Assembly (NCBI GenBank): GCA_964408285.1
Contig: CAYOYV010000004.1
Location: forward strand, 32,001 to 96,000
Direction: 5' to 3'
DNA: 64,000 bases
Origin: an uncultured Nitrososphaerota archaeon
GTDB lineage: Archaea; Thermoproteota; EX4484-205; JAAOZO01
Below are positions 27,172 to 37,345 of the stretch, piece after piece (positions within the stretch are counted from its first letter, which is position 1; every line of letters begins with the position of its first letter). The notes beneath the pieces were generated by a model. That model worked only from the letters and a program-made list of their open reading frames with translations. It was not told where the DNA came from and searched no databases. The translations under genes and the position numbers were made by a program.

Positions 27172-29052
27172 TCATACAGTGGGCGGCGGAGGTGGAATCT
27201 CAAGTGGCGGACCAGTCCGTCCTCTTGCCAATATCATCAGAGCTATCGACACAAATGTAGCAGTCACTCCCCACATCAGATAGAAAGTCAACGGAATCAC
27301 TTTGAACAGGGTGCAGCAATATAGCGTGAATGAACTGAAGAAGATTCCAAACCAGATGACCTTACTGTGCCTGAATATTTCCTCTCCCTCCAAAGGTTTT
27401 GTAGGGAACGAAGTAAAGCAAGCACTCATGGTTGTAGCCAACAGGCCGACATCTCCTATTATCGTATAGCCTAAATCATACACGAAGTAGAATGGCACCA
27501 TGAGTATCAATGAGCTCACTATTTTCAGCACTGCTATCGTCGCAGATCTCTTCTTGTCAAGTTCTCCTTCATATTCAGTCCTGCTCGGCGAAGCGAAAGG
27601 TGCCAGAAATACGATGCCCGTTATGAGGAACGATATCAATCCATAGAGCCAGATCTTGGTCTCGGCCCATACGTTGGTGACGAGCGACACGAAGACGGAA
27701 AACGCGACATTGAAGAGGAATACAAACACGACAGTGAGCAGAACATATGGAATGACCGAGATCATCGTGTCAATGTCAAGGATATTTGGATATCCGTTGG
27801 CCTCGACATACGAATAGATCAAGAAGAGCATAACCGCTGAAAGCAGAACGGCCATTAGCTGTCCGGCTCTAAGGATGCCCCTCTTCCTCTTGTGTGCGTC
27901 GATCTGCTCTGGGGTTAGGCTCTTGAACGTCTCCTCTCCGTAGAATAGTAGGAAGTCCTTAAGCCAGTCTGGAATCGACAATCCGGAGATTGCGGAATTT
28001 ATCGTGGCGCCTAGGCCCGTGAAGCTCATGATGGCCGCGACCCCAGCCGACGCGCCAACTCCGACCGCAGTGGCCGTAGCCGCAGTTTCAATCGCCGGAA
28101 TTTCCCTAGGGCTCTCTTGCTGGCCTTCTTGTCGTCCTTGGCCGGCAAGGTACCTTATCGTATTCTGCAACAGCCTTTGGTTGTTTCTTTCATCAATGTT
28201 CTTTATCCCGTCCTTGTCAGAATCGTCGTCATCCCACAGATTATGATCGCCTATTATGACAACTTGCCCAAAGCCGCTCCGAATTAAGATCATGACTGGG
28301 GTATACGGTATGCCCTTACCTCGGTAGTACCAAGTCGCGTCGTTGTCTGTGGTTACTAGGGTCGTTGCTCCTGTCGATGTTATGTTTGTTGCTGCGTAAA
28401 CCTCTATCTCGCTGACGCCCTCGGTTATCTGATGTTCCTCAATCCTGTCTAATATGATCCAATATTTTTGTCCGCCAACGTAATCTGTCGGGTCACTGAT
28501 GCAGTCCCCGTAGCCGGACGAGCCGAACGATGCCCCGAATGTCCTTGCCAGCCTTTGCATATCGTCCATTGATACCCAGTCCGATATGAGTAGAAGGCTT
28601 CCTCCACCATGAACCCAATCAGATATGGCTGCGATCTCGCTGTCACTGTGTGCTTTGACGCTCAGGACGATTACCAAACAAGCGACGCCCTGCAATTTGG
28701 AGTAAGTTATGACCTCACCTGGATTCAGCGTCGAAACAGTGTATCCGATGTCACGAATGGCTCTCGCGAACCCCGAATACTTCCCCCGCGTGCTTTCGGT
28801 CGAGGATGGATTGGTCCCTATAGTTGAGAGTGGAGTATGAGCCTCATCTATCAGTACAAGGTCCCCGAAAGGAATCCCATTATTTATGTTCGAGCTCTTG
28901 TCTGACTGGCCGTTCGCTCTTCCCCCTGCTTGAGCATTCAGAGTGACCTGACGTGCAACGAAGCACAAAACAAATAGAATGAGAAACCAGACTATCGCAA
29001 GCCCCTTGCGCAACAGAATCACCGCTGTGCGTATGGGTTTGAGCATTTGCAC
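27172..29052 (-). CDS. Membrane protein with extracellular GATase1-like/DUF4350-type domain, multi-TM C-terminus and proline-rich tail
   Basis: Signal-like N-terminus; LIDEAH...WV.GGG.LLL..D...G.V..IGD...W pattern; about 7 C-terminal TMs; ends PPLEIPPPPPTV. Confidence 0.7.
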   Translation of the reverse strand: MQMLKPIRTAVILLRKGLAIVWFLILFVLCFVARQVTLNAQAGGRANGQSDKSSNINNGIPFGDLVLIDEAHTPLSTIGTNPSSTESTRGKYSGFARAIRDIGYTVSTLNPGEVITYSKLQGVACLVIVLSVKAHSDSEIAAISDWVHGGGSLLLISDWVSMDDMQRLARTFGASFGSSGYGDCISDPTDYVGGQKYWIILDRIEEHQITEGVSEIEVYAATNITSTGATTLVTTDNDATWYYRGKGIPYTPVMILIRSGFGQVVIIGDHNLWDDDDSDKDGIKNIDERNNQRLLQNTIRYLAGQGRQEGQQESPREIPAIETAATATAVGVGASAGVAAIMSFTGLGATINSAISGLSIPDWLKDFLLFYGEETFKSLTPEQIDAHKRKRGILRAGQLMAVLLSAVMLFLIYSYVEANGYPNILDIDTMISVIPYVLLTVVFVFLFNVAFSVFVSLVTNVWAETKIWLYGLISFLITGIVFLAPFASPSRTEYEGELDKKRSATIAVLKIVSSLILMVPFYFVYDLGYTIIGDVGLLATTMSACFTSFPTKPLEGEEIFRHSKVIWFGIFFSSFTLYCCTLFKVIPLTFYLMWGVTATFVSIALMILARGRTGPPLEIPPPPPTV

Positions 29053-29350
29053 TTAAGCATTGGGGTGGCTAGAAAGTTCTGCTCATTCCATCTCCTTGCT
29101 CCCGCTCCCATGTTGGGACACAACACCCTCATTCCCATGCAGAGGCGACAAAATGGGGACAGTCCTGTTGCTTGTGACACTGCAAGATATTGCTGCTTGG
29201 TCATGAACGCAATCGGGAAAACGATGAGGCCAGATTCATCGACTAGTTATGATAGCGTATTCACAAACCTGTGTTGTCTGTTATCTCTATAGTAGAGCGA
29301 GGGGAATTCATCGAATGTTTATAATGGCATTGACTCTGAGAAGGCGCCAA

Positions 29351-30754
29351 ATGAAGAAAGTGAGCAGGCTTCATATGGTCCTATTCGCATTGGTACTGAT
29401 CTCGATTGTCAATGTTACAGGCAGATTGCCTATGACTACCAGGGCCTCAGACGGGGACGCCATCAAAGGGATCAAGGAGCTGTTGGCCTATGTGCCGTCG
29501 ATGAAATGCACAATGACGACTTCAAGTAGCGGGGCCTTTGATTTCGAGTATTCAGTCGTTGCCGAAGAAACAATGGGAGGTACTGCCTGTTGGAAGGTTA
29601 AGGCCACTTTCGGCGACTCTCTTTCAACAAACGATTATGTCATATGGATCTCAAAATCAACTGGCACGGCAGTTCAGGTTTCGATTGGTGAAGATACCTA
29701 CACCGGCGACTTGGCGACGACCATGGGTGGGGCATTCCTAGGAGCATTCAATCTCTTCTACTCATTCTGGGCTGTCTGGGACTACGAGGCCTTCTATCCA
29801 TATTGGCAAGAACATCAGGCCTACGGAACCTTCACCTTTCTAGGCACTGAGCAAAGGTCCTATGGTCCGACTACTCTGACGGTCTACAAGTGGAAATACT
29901 CAGGAACTACCGCAGCTCCTACAAGCTACCAGTGGGCAGTCGAAGGTTGGACATCTCCATCACAGACAGGCGGAATGCTCACGTATCTGTATGTGGAATC
30001 GCTTGACAAGAAGACTTGGTGGAAATGGGAGCTAATCTCAATCAAGTTCTCCGAGGCACCCAATCCTCCCAGTGTCTCAACTGGTTCAACCCGATCGAGT
30101 AGCACCGATGTGAATCCCGGGGAATCATTTACAGTGAGCATTGATTATTCAAACCCGGGGACCTCATTCGCAATTCACAATGCAGAGCTGAAAGTTGACG
30201 GAAAGGTTGTGGAAAGCAGATTGGTAACGGTCTTCCCAGGAAAAAGTGAGATTGTCACATTCGCCTTGACTATCCTAACTGAAGGTACGCACATAGTGGA
30301 GATAGATGGAAAGATGCTCTCCATAACGGTCTCGGCAACTCCACCTGCGAAATTCACGCTAAGTAACCTAAGGATTGAGCCAAGCTCCGTTGAAGTGAAG
30401 AAGACAGTCACTATTTCTGCGAAGCTGGAAAACACAGGAGGAAAGATCGGAGCTTACACGGTCGTGTTGTCGATAAACGGCAGAAAGGTGGACGAGAGGA
30501 CAGTGACGCTTATTGGAGGCGAGTCCACGACCGTCACATTCACGACTTCCAATGACCAGGCTGGAACCTACTCAGTAACTCTGGGAGATCTAAGCGGAAC
30601 ATACACTGTAAGCGAGGTATCTCCGATTCTTCTCATTGGAGCCGGTGCATTAGTTATTGTCGCTATAGCGGTGGTTCTGTTCCTAGTCACGAGAAGACCA
30701 AAACAACAAGAAGCCACACAACCACCACTTCCACCCCCGCCACCCTCTTGCTAG
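29351..30754 (+). CDS. Cell-surface protein with two CARDB/Ig-like domains, C-terminal TM anchor and polyproline tail
   Basis: Signal peptide; TVSIDYSNPG and TISAKLENTGG CARDB-like repeats; TM followed by RRPK...PPLPPPPPSC. Confidence 0.78.
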   Translation: MKKVSRLHMVLFALVLISIVNVTGRLPMTTRASDGDAIKGIKELLAYVPSMKCTMTTSSSGAFDFEYSVVAEETMGGTACWKVKATFGDSLSTNDYVIWISKSTGTAVQVSIGEDTYTGDLATTMGGAFLGAFNLFYSFWAVWDYEAFYPYWQEHQAYGTFTFLGTEQRSYGPTTLTVYKWKYSGTTAAPTSYQWAVEGWTSPSQTGGMLTYLYVESLDKKTWWKWELISIKFSEAPNPPSVSTGSTRSSSTDVNPGESFTVSIDYSNPGTSFAIHNAELKVDGKVVESRLVTVFPGKSEIVTFALTILTEGTHIVEIDGKMLSITVSATPPAKFTLSNLRIEPSSVEVKKTVTISAKLENTGGKIGAYTVVLSINGRKVDERTVTLIGGESTTVTFTTSNDQAGTYSVTLGDLSGTYTVSEVSPILLIGAGALVIVAIAVVLFLVTRRPKQQEATQPPLPPPPPSC

Positions 30755-30824
30755 ACCGCACAAGATCCAATAATCACATCCTTATTTGCATCCGGAACTA
30801 GGTCGAATACAAGTGGAGGCATCA

Positions 30825-31607
30825 ATGCTAGAACCGAGGAGGATCACCGAACGCCTTGATGGGCTACTCAGGGAAATAGGAGCCACGCAAGTAGGTGGTT
30901 TCCGTTTCGGAGCAAAGGTCCTAGCGGTTTCGGAGATTGCCTCTCAATACTACTGCGAGAAGGCAGTCGAACTGGGCCGGATACATGGCAAACGTGAGAC
31001 GCCCGAGATGAAAATAGGTGGTGATGCTCACGAGATCCTTCTGAAGGACGCGATCAGAGCCAAGAGGGAGAAAATCTTACGAGAGATATACTCAGGAAAA
31101 CCGGTGGGTGTCAGGGAGATGCCTCTAATCGGCAAACATGGTGATGCGGTCATCGTGGGGATAACCGACGCGATATTATTCTCAAAGAGACTGCCGGTTC
31201 TTCTGGTTGAACATAAATTCTCGATGAAGCATGTACCCTTCGCCAGTCATCATGTTCAGGCAAGATTGTACTGCTATTTACTGTACTTGATGGGTTGGAA
31301 TATTGACCAGTTGAAGTATGCAATAGTCATGGCATCGCCGAGCCTCGAGGACGACCCTGAGCTGAGAAGGATCCCACTCCATGTCATGTGGAGCTCAAAA
31401 GAAGAACGGATGCTGGTAAAACTCGCCGGGGGAAATGCACACGTCTATATCAACAGCTTTGACATTGACAAAGCCGTCGCTGACCTTGATTGGGCGCTAG
31501 GCTTCTGGAGAAAACTAAGGCGGCCGGTCCCAACAAAGAAATCGGCAAAATGCAAGGTATGTGAATTCGGGGACGAATGTGATTCTTCCCAACGGAATAA
31601 TCTGTGA
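30825..31607 (+). CDS. PD-(D/E)xK nuclease, Cas4/Exo5-like with putative Fe-S cluster
   Basis: SEIASQYYCE, G...HE, G.TD...VEHK, QARLY, C-terminal CKVCEF...C (four Cys in total). Confidence 0.8.
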   Translation: MLEPRRITERLDGLLREIGATQVGGFRFGAKVLAVSEIASQYYCEKAVELGRIHGKRETPEMKIGGDAHEILLKDAIRAKREKILREIYSGKPVGVREMPLIGKHGDAVIVGITDAILFSKRLPVLLVEHKFSMKHVPFASHHVQARLYCYLLYLMGWNIDQLKYAIVMASPSLEDDPELRRIPLHVMWSSKEERMLVKLAGGNAHVYINSFDIDKAVADLDWALGFWRKLRRPVPTKKSAKCKVCEFGDECDSSQRNNL

Positions 31608-31692
31608 TTCTGTAGATAAGTAGGAGATGACAAACAGATGGCTGAATCTCGGCGTATCGTTACGTAAATCGGGCTGACTCGATTGAATGCTG

Positions 31693-32886
31693 CTAGCGCT
31701 CAATCGGGGGATAATATATGAACAGATGACTAATCCTATCGCTTTCCCCCATGTATATCTCTCCGTATTTTCCGGTAATCATGCTGTCGAATTCATATCC
31801 ATGCCAATACTGATCTGAGTAAGCAAGCGGAATGCCGAGATCAGTGAGGCCACCAGACTGGACGTCATATCTGAAGAGATGGGCCGAGCCGCCGACTTTT
31901 CCTGAAATGCCATAGACTCTCCTGTCTTTGCCAACCACAATCGCCCTTGTCCTTGGTTGGGCTGTCGGCTTTCCCAACGAGGTAACAGCCTTAAGTGATG
32001 GGTCGAAGATGAACAGCACCCCGTCAGCTGTTCCTCCGCCATAGATCTTACCTGAACCACGATCGAGCGCCATAGAATCTATCCTGTTGTACACCTGCCG
32101 ACCAGCGAGCGAAGGTATTCTCACTGGGAGTTCGGTAATGACTTCCAATTCTGGATCGAATTCAAACATCTTTCCCCACCTCTTTCCACCATATACTCGC
32201 CCGTCATATCCAACGATCAGACAGCCGGAGAATTCACTTAACTCGTCTACAGGCCCAAAGAGCTTATGTGAACATGTTTGAACATCCAGCGAGAACAGGA
32301 ATCCACCTGGAGATGTCAAACCATAAATGCGCTCTTTCGAATCGTCATAGACCAGACATTCTACTCCCTGATCTGCTTTGGGCAGTTCCACTTCCTCTAG
32401 CTTCGGGCCAACATCCTCCCATCCCGTCTCATTGAAATCAGTCTTGAACTTGAGAAGCCTGCCTGGCCCGGACTTACCCGGCCTCCTTCGTGTACCAATG
32501 AACACAACCCCCTCCCGGCATATGACAAGTGAATTCTTGGCTATCGACTCCCTGTCTATGGTACAGAGATCGACTGCCCTATCAACTTCCGGATCGTAGA
32601 CAAAGAGATGTGAACGATCTCCAGAAGTGAGACCTAGGATTCTGCCCCTTTGATCCAATGCGAGCGAAGTTAGGGCGGACTCGCCCGGTGGGATGGTTTT
32701 CATCAGACCCTTCCATCCAAGGTGGCGAAGGACGATCCTCCCTTCGCTAACGAAGGCAGATCTGTCATACTCCCGAACGGCAGATCTCAGAATGGCTTCC
32801 CTTTCGTCTGGCTTTTCTACGGACGGACCCACCTCGAAAGGAGGCTTTGGCCACTTTCTCTTGTCGAGATCATCTTCGATTGACAT
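31693..32886 (-). CDS. Beta-propeller repeat protein
   Basis: Repeated blades (L..D..GRIYG, HLF.YDP, LG); start overlaps the upstream stop (TAATG). Confidence 0.75.
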   Translation of the reverse strand: MSIEDDLDKRKWPKPPFEVGPSVEKPDEREAILRSAVREYDRSAFVSEGRIVLRHLGWKGLMKTIPPGESALTSLALDQRGRILGLTSGDRSHLFVYDPEVDRAVDLCTIDRESIAKNSLVICREGVVFIGTRRRPGKSGPGRLLKFKTDFNETGWEDVGPKLEEVELPKADQGVECLVYDDSKERIYGLTSPGGFLFSLDVQTCSHKLFGPVDELSEFSGCLIVGYDGRVYGGKRWGKMFEFDPELEVITELPVRIPSLAGRQVYNRIDSMALDRGSGKIYGGGTADGVLFIFDPSLKAVTSLGKPTAQPRTRAIVVGKDRRVYGISGKVGGSAHLFRYDVQSGGLTDLGIPLAYSDQYWHGYEFDSMITGKYGEIYMGESDRISHLFIYYPPIER

Positions 32887-34118
32887 TAGCCCCACCTCCT
32901 GACATTGTCCCAAGTCAACCTGAGATCAGATTTCGGCCTATAGGCGAATACTTTCGTTGGCCTAGTGGCGCATGAAGCGAAATAGAGATTTCCACTGAAG
33001 TCTATCGTCGCTTTAGATATGTATCGGGAGAGACCCCCCGGAGGATCGGAGAACGGACTCACTTCCTCTCTCTCTAGGCTGTCTGGATCCATCTTGATTA
33101 GATACATTCCCTTTGGCTCCTTCCAATGCACGTAAGTTGCGAAGTATAGAGCCCCATCGGGGCCAAAAACTAGACCGCCCGTGTGATGGTTCTTGAAGTC
33201 GGCCCAAGCTGGTCCGGCCTCGTCCGGTCTATATGCCCATCCTAGGTCATGGATTTTCCCCTCTGGACCATCAAAGGGGTCATACCGAAAGAGTCGGTTG
33301 TCCAGGACTCTTATATCGACGTTCCAATGAACTCCATAGATGCTGTTTCCATCCGGAGCTGGAACAGAATCATATATCAGATTATATGCGCCGTCCCTGT
33401 AATCCGCAAAGGGCAATCTTACATCCAGATGGCTTAGCTTGTCACTCGCGACCTCGTACTTCACGATATAACCGAGGTCATCAACCGTGTACGCGTTCTC
33501 GTCCCTGTCCAAGAACACGCTCTGGGGATTTATGTCCCCGATTCTTCCAAGGTCCCGGTACTCATTTGATTCCAGGTCAAAAACGTAAAAGTGATCACGG
33601 GGATATGTGACTCCAACCAATTTTCTGTTTGTGTTGCACAGGGCCATTGCCCTTGATCCTTCATTGGGCGACATGTTCCCGAAGTCTTCGATTTTGTCAT
33701 TCGTAGGATTGTAGTTGAATATGTGGAATCCAGTAAACATTCTTTCAGGATCGTCCCAGCAATTCCATGGCCTCCAAACGAAATCTCGTACAGGCGCCCC
33801 CGTGCAATGCGTAGCCCCGTAGAGTGTCCCGTCTTCAGATGGCAGCAAACAATAGTGAATCTTACTGTGCGTCGCATGGCCGTTGTCCGGAGGTTCGCCC
33901 AAAGCCTGAGCCACATCCAGAAGATATCGCAACTTGTCGTATTGCGGGTCATAGGACACTAGAAAGACTCCGAGGCCGCCGGTCATCTCACCACACACCC
34001 CAACGTAGATCCTTCCATCTCTGCCGGTCGTTATTGACCAACATGTATCGTGAACGGGTAACTTCGAGAAGGTTATTGGCTGCAATATAGATGACTCTTT
34101 GACGTTCACGGCAGACAA
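32886..34118 (-). CDS. Beta-propeller repeat protein
   Basis: DGRIYVG, HSKIH...LYGATH, F.YDP, FGPDG.LY blades. Confidence 0.75.
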   Translation of the reverse strand: MSAVNVKESSILQPITFSKLPVHDTCWSITTGRDGRIYVGVCGEMTGGLGVFLVSYDPQYDKLRYLLDVAQALGEPPDNGHATHSKIHYCLLPSEDGTLYGATHCTGAPVRDFVWRPWNCWDDPERMFTGFHIFNYNPTNDKIEDFGNMSPNEGSRAMALCNTNRKLVGVTYPRDHFYVFDLESNEYRDLGRIGDINPQSVFLDRDENAYTVDDLGYIVKYEVASDKLSHLDVRLPFADYRDGAYNLIYDSVPAPDGNSIYGVHWNVDIRVLDNRLFRYDPFDGPEGKIHDLGWAYRPDEAGPAWADFKNHHTGGLVFGPDGALYFATYVHWKEPKGMYLIKMDPDSLEREEVSPFSDPPGGLSRYISKATIDFSGNLYFASCATRPTKVFAYRPKSDLRLTWDNVRRWG

Positions 34119-34195
34119 GCGCCGCGCCTATGTTAATAGGCCTTACTGACCCATTACCAATGATCTCTTGAGACCTGCATGAAATAACGGTGATT

Positions 34196-34669
34196 CTAGA
34201 TCTGTTGTATTCTGTCGTCTAGGTAGCAATAACCGGCATCTACCTTTCTCTTCATTTCATCAATCCATTTGTCAAGACCGATGTCCTTGATTCTTTTCAG
34301 TTCCTTGAGACCATAGTCATACTGCCGCAATTTCTCGCAATCGTCCATCTCATTACATTCAGTGCATGTGACATATTCTTTCTGCCTTGCGCATTTGCGA
34401 AGCGCACAATTCGGATCTCCCCCGTTTCCGATGCATCCGGGGCAATCTCCGAAGAGAGTCACGAAGCCATTCAACACCTTCTCATACTCCGGGTAGTGCT
34501 GGAACGCAGGTTCCCATTTAGCCAACTCCGGGGCCATTTTGTCAAATCCGTAGGCACTCACAACCTTTCGCATGTTTTCGGCAGCCTGCTTTATCCTGCC
34601 TTGGTATATTCCGCAGGCACCACAATATAGGCCACAATTGGCAATGAGATTCCTTGGGGTTTCCTTCAA
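34196..34669 (-). CDS. DUF3795 family Cys-rich protein
   Basis: CGLYCGAC...CPGC...C..RKC......TCTEC...C. Confidence 0.85.
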   Translation of the reverse strand: MKETPRNLIANCGLYCGACGIYQGRIKQAAENMRKVVSAYGFDKMAPELAKWEPAFQHYPEYEKVLNGFVTLFGDCPGCIGNGGDPNCALRKCARQKEYVTCTECNEMDDCEKLRQYDYGLKELKRIKDIGLDKWIDEMKRKVDAGYCYLDDRIQQI

Positions 34670-34890
34670 TGTGACGATAGATGGCTGAAGTTCGTATTTT
34701 AATTTTTCAGATCTTCCGTAGTCCTCCTTAGGTGCTAGGGGGCTATAGATCCGTCACAACGATGTCCACAATCGTTCGCTTGGTTCTCATAGCACTCTTC
34801 ATAACAAGGTGCGAGCCAGCGCGAGCGCGAACTGACATTGGAACCCACGATTTGTTTATTACTCCAAATCATCGCTTTGCGGGTGAGTCC

Positions 34891-36111
34891 ATGAGCAAAA
34901 TAAGGGCGCTGGCTCTAGAGCTAGCACCTTTCACGAAGCTGAACAGGGACACTAACCTCATAGTACTGGCGGCTGGCCTATCCAGTCTACCATTCGGTTA
35001 CCTGATGGTAATCCAGTCTATCTACCTCAAGATGATTGGCATCGATGAAGGATCGATAGGGCTGATACTTAGCGTATCCACATTGACCAGCTCGCTCTTG
35101 ATAATCCCATTTGGGATTCTCTCGGATAGGTACAGCAGGAAATGGATCATGATATTCGGACAGGCCCTCACGGCATTCGCTTGGTTGATATATGCTGGCT
35201 TGGCTGAAGTCTGGGGCTTCTATGCCTCGAGCCTTCTGCTCGGAATAGGAACCGCAGGTATCTTTGGACCCTATCAGGCCCTATTGGCCGAGAAAACTAC
35301 CGATGAAGACAGGACCGTAGCGTTCAGCCTTTCTGCTTTCGCGTACATGGCGGGCTCCACAGTCGGTGCCATGGCCAGTGGGGTTCCTGAGTGGTTGATT
35401 CGGGAAATAGGCTCTGGCATTTTCCAGGCCTATCGGCCGTTATTCCTCGCTGCTTTCCTCATCTCTTCGCTCGCCTCTCTGATTCTAATTCCGTTGAGAG
35501 AAAGTCCACCAATCAGGCGCGGGGGCAAGATACTGCCTACGAAATCAAGGAAAGAGATTGGGAAATTGTCCGCTGTGACTATGCTCGTTGGGCTCGGCGC
35601 CGGGCTGATAATCTCGTTGATTCCTCTCTGGTTGCATCTAAGGTTTGGAGTCGGCGGAGCCGAGCTAGGCCCGCTATTCGTGGTTGCGAATGCCGTCATG
35701 GCTGCGTCGTATTTGGTCTCACCTACGCTTTCTAGAAGGATTGGACCAGTTCGTGCTATCGTTTCAACACAAATGCTATCGACTGGCTTTCTAGTGATCA
35801 TGCCTGTAATGCCGGCCTACAATATCGTTGCCGTCCTTTACGTCATTAGGACTTTCCTGATGAATATGTCCGGGCCCATCCAATCCGCGTTCATAATGAG
35901 TTTGATCTCTCCTGAAGAAAGGGCTTCTGCTTCGGCTATCTGCTCCCCACAATCGGGAGTTGTCTGGGGAGTTTCGTATTCTGTAAGCCAAGGCATTGGG
36001 GGCTTCATGCTAGAACAGGGAATGCTGGCTTTGCCTTTCTATATATGTGGCCTCCTGTATCTACTTGCGTCAATTTTCTTCCTCGTGTTCTTTCGCGAAT
36101 CAAAGGTCTAG
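34891..36111 (+). CDS. MFS transporter
   Basis: About 12 TMs, G.LSDRYSRK motif A; GGTGA RBS before ATG 34891. Confidence 0.92.
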   Translation: MSKIRALALELAPFTKLNRDTNLIVLAAGLSSLPFGYLMVIQSIYLKMIGIDEGSIGLILSVSTLTSSLLIIPFGILSDRYSRKWIMIFGQALTAFAWLIYAGLAEVWGFYASSLLLGIGTAGIFGPYQALLAEKTTDEDRTVAFSLSAFAYMAGSTVGAMASGVPEWLIREIGSGIFQAYRPLFLAAFLISSLASLILIPLRESPPIRRGGKILPTKSRKEIGKLSAVTMLVGLGAGLIISLIPLWLHLRFGVGGAELGPLFVVANAVMAASYLVSPTLSRRIGPVRAIVSTQMLSTGFLVIMPVMPAYNIVAVLYVIRTFLMNMSGPIQSAFIMSLISPEERASASAICSPQSGVVWGVSYSVSQGIGGFMLEQGMLALPFYICGLLYLLASIFFLVFFRESKV

Positions 36112-36299
36112 CTGACGTGCGAGAGCGAGATCGATAATGTCAGCGGTGCGATACACGAACTCCAACATCGATTGCCGCCGGTACGTTAGGCACATGTCAA
36201 TAGTCAGAGCGAGCAATACGCACGCGTAGTGATTTTTCGGTTTGTTTTCTGTTTCTGGATCTGCCATATTATTTTATCGTTGACATCGCGGCGAGGAGG

Positions 36300-36662
36300 A
36301 TGGTGCGAAGGTCCATGAATCAGATTGTCGCGTTCTGCGGGCTGGATTGCACAAAATGCCGCGGATTCATCGCGACACAGAAAGACGACTATGAGCTGAG
36401 GAGAGAGGTAGCTGAATCTTGGTCGACGGAGAACGAGAAGCTCAAAGCTGAGGATATTAATTGTGACGGCTGCTTGCCTGGTGGAAAAAGAATACTTCGT
36501 TTCTGCCATCTTTGCGAAGTAAGGAAATGCGGAATGGCGAGACGCGTGAAGAACTGTGCCTACTGCGATGAATATCCGTGCGGAAGGCTCGAAGGGGCTT
36601 GGAAGATGATGCAAGCTGAGGAGGCAAGGATGACCCTGGACAAAATTAGGCGTCGAGTGTGA
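36300..36662 (+). CDS. DUF3795 family Cys-rich protein
   Basis: CGLDCTKC...CDGC...C.LC.VRKC......NCAYC.EYPC. Confidence 0.85.
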   Translation: MVRRSMNQIVAFCGLDCTKCRGFIATQKDDYELRREVAESWSTENEKLKAEDINCDGCLPGGKRILRFCHLCEVRKCGMARRVKNCAYCDEYPCGRLEGAWKMMQAEEARMTLDKIRRRV

Positions 36663-36777
36663 CTTCGAGCGTGCAATAGCTGGCCTCATGATCTTCTATG
36701 GCATTCCACGAGGATACGGCCCCAAAAGGATGAAACAGAAATCGCAGCTACATTCGAGTGCGTTAGGCCCGAAGGCG

Positions 36778-37215
36778 CTAGATCAGCCTGAAATCCTCTT
36801 TGACGATGTTCAATACGACTCTGGTGTTTGTTCTCTCAACATAATCCATGGCAAGCAAGGATTTCACGAATGAATTGAGCTCCCTTCTGTTCCTGAATTT
36901 CGCAACGATTATCGCATCGGTCTCCCCAGTCACATCATAGACTCCACAAACGTTCTGGAAATGCGATATTCTTTCCTCCACTTCTACGAGCTTGCCCCTC
37001 GATCCAGTGATTTCTATCAAGACGCTGATATCGTAGCCCAATTTCTCGTGATCAAATACTGCCGTATAATGTCTGATTACCCCCATTCCTTCCAATCTCC
37101 TTGTTCTGGAGAGAACAGTTGCCGGAGAGACCCCGATGTTCCTGGCAATCTCCCGAAAAGAACGCCTAGAATCGGTTGTGAGTTCCCTCATTATCTTCAT
37201 GTCAACCTCGTCCAT
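36778..37215 (-). CDS. Lrp/AsnC family transcriptional regulator
   Basis: DEVD..I..EL..DSR.SFREIA..GVS..TV..R..RLE..GVI, YDVTGE.D; divergent from glnA; start may lie further upstream. Confidence 0.92.
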   Translation of the reverse strand: MDEVDMKIMRELTTDSRRSFREIARNIGVSPATVLSRTRRLEGMGVIRHYTAVFDHEKLGYDISVLIEITGSRGKLVEVEERISHFQNVCGVYDVTGETDAIIVAKFRNRRELNSFVKSLLAMDYVERTNTRVVLNIVKEDFRLI

Positions 37216-37345
37216 CGTTTGTTCAGCCTTAGCTTCTCTTTCCTTCGCATTTTGGCCAACTGCATGATGCATATGTCTCTGATTGCTCATTTGCATACCC
37301 AGGCGAAGGAAATCCATTTATCTGTTTTCCCCCAGGCTCCGCTGA

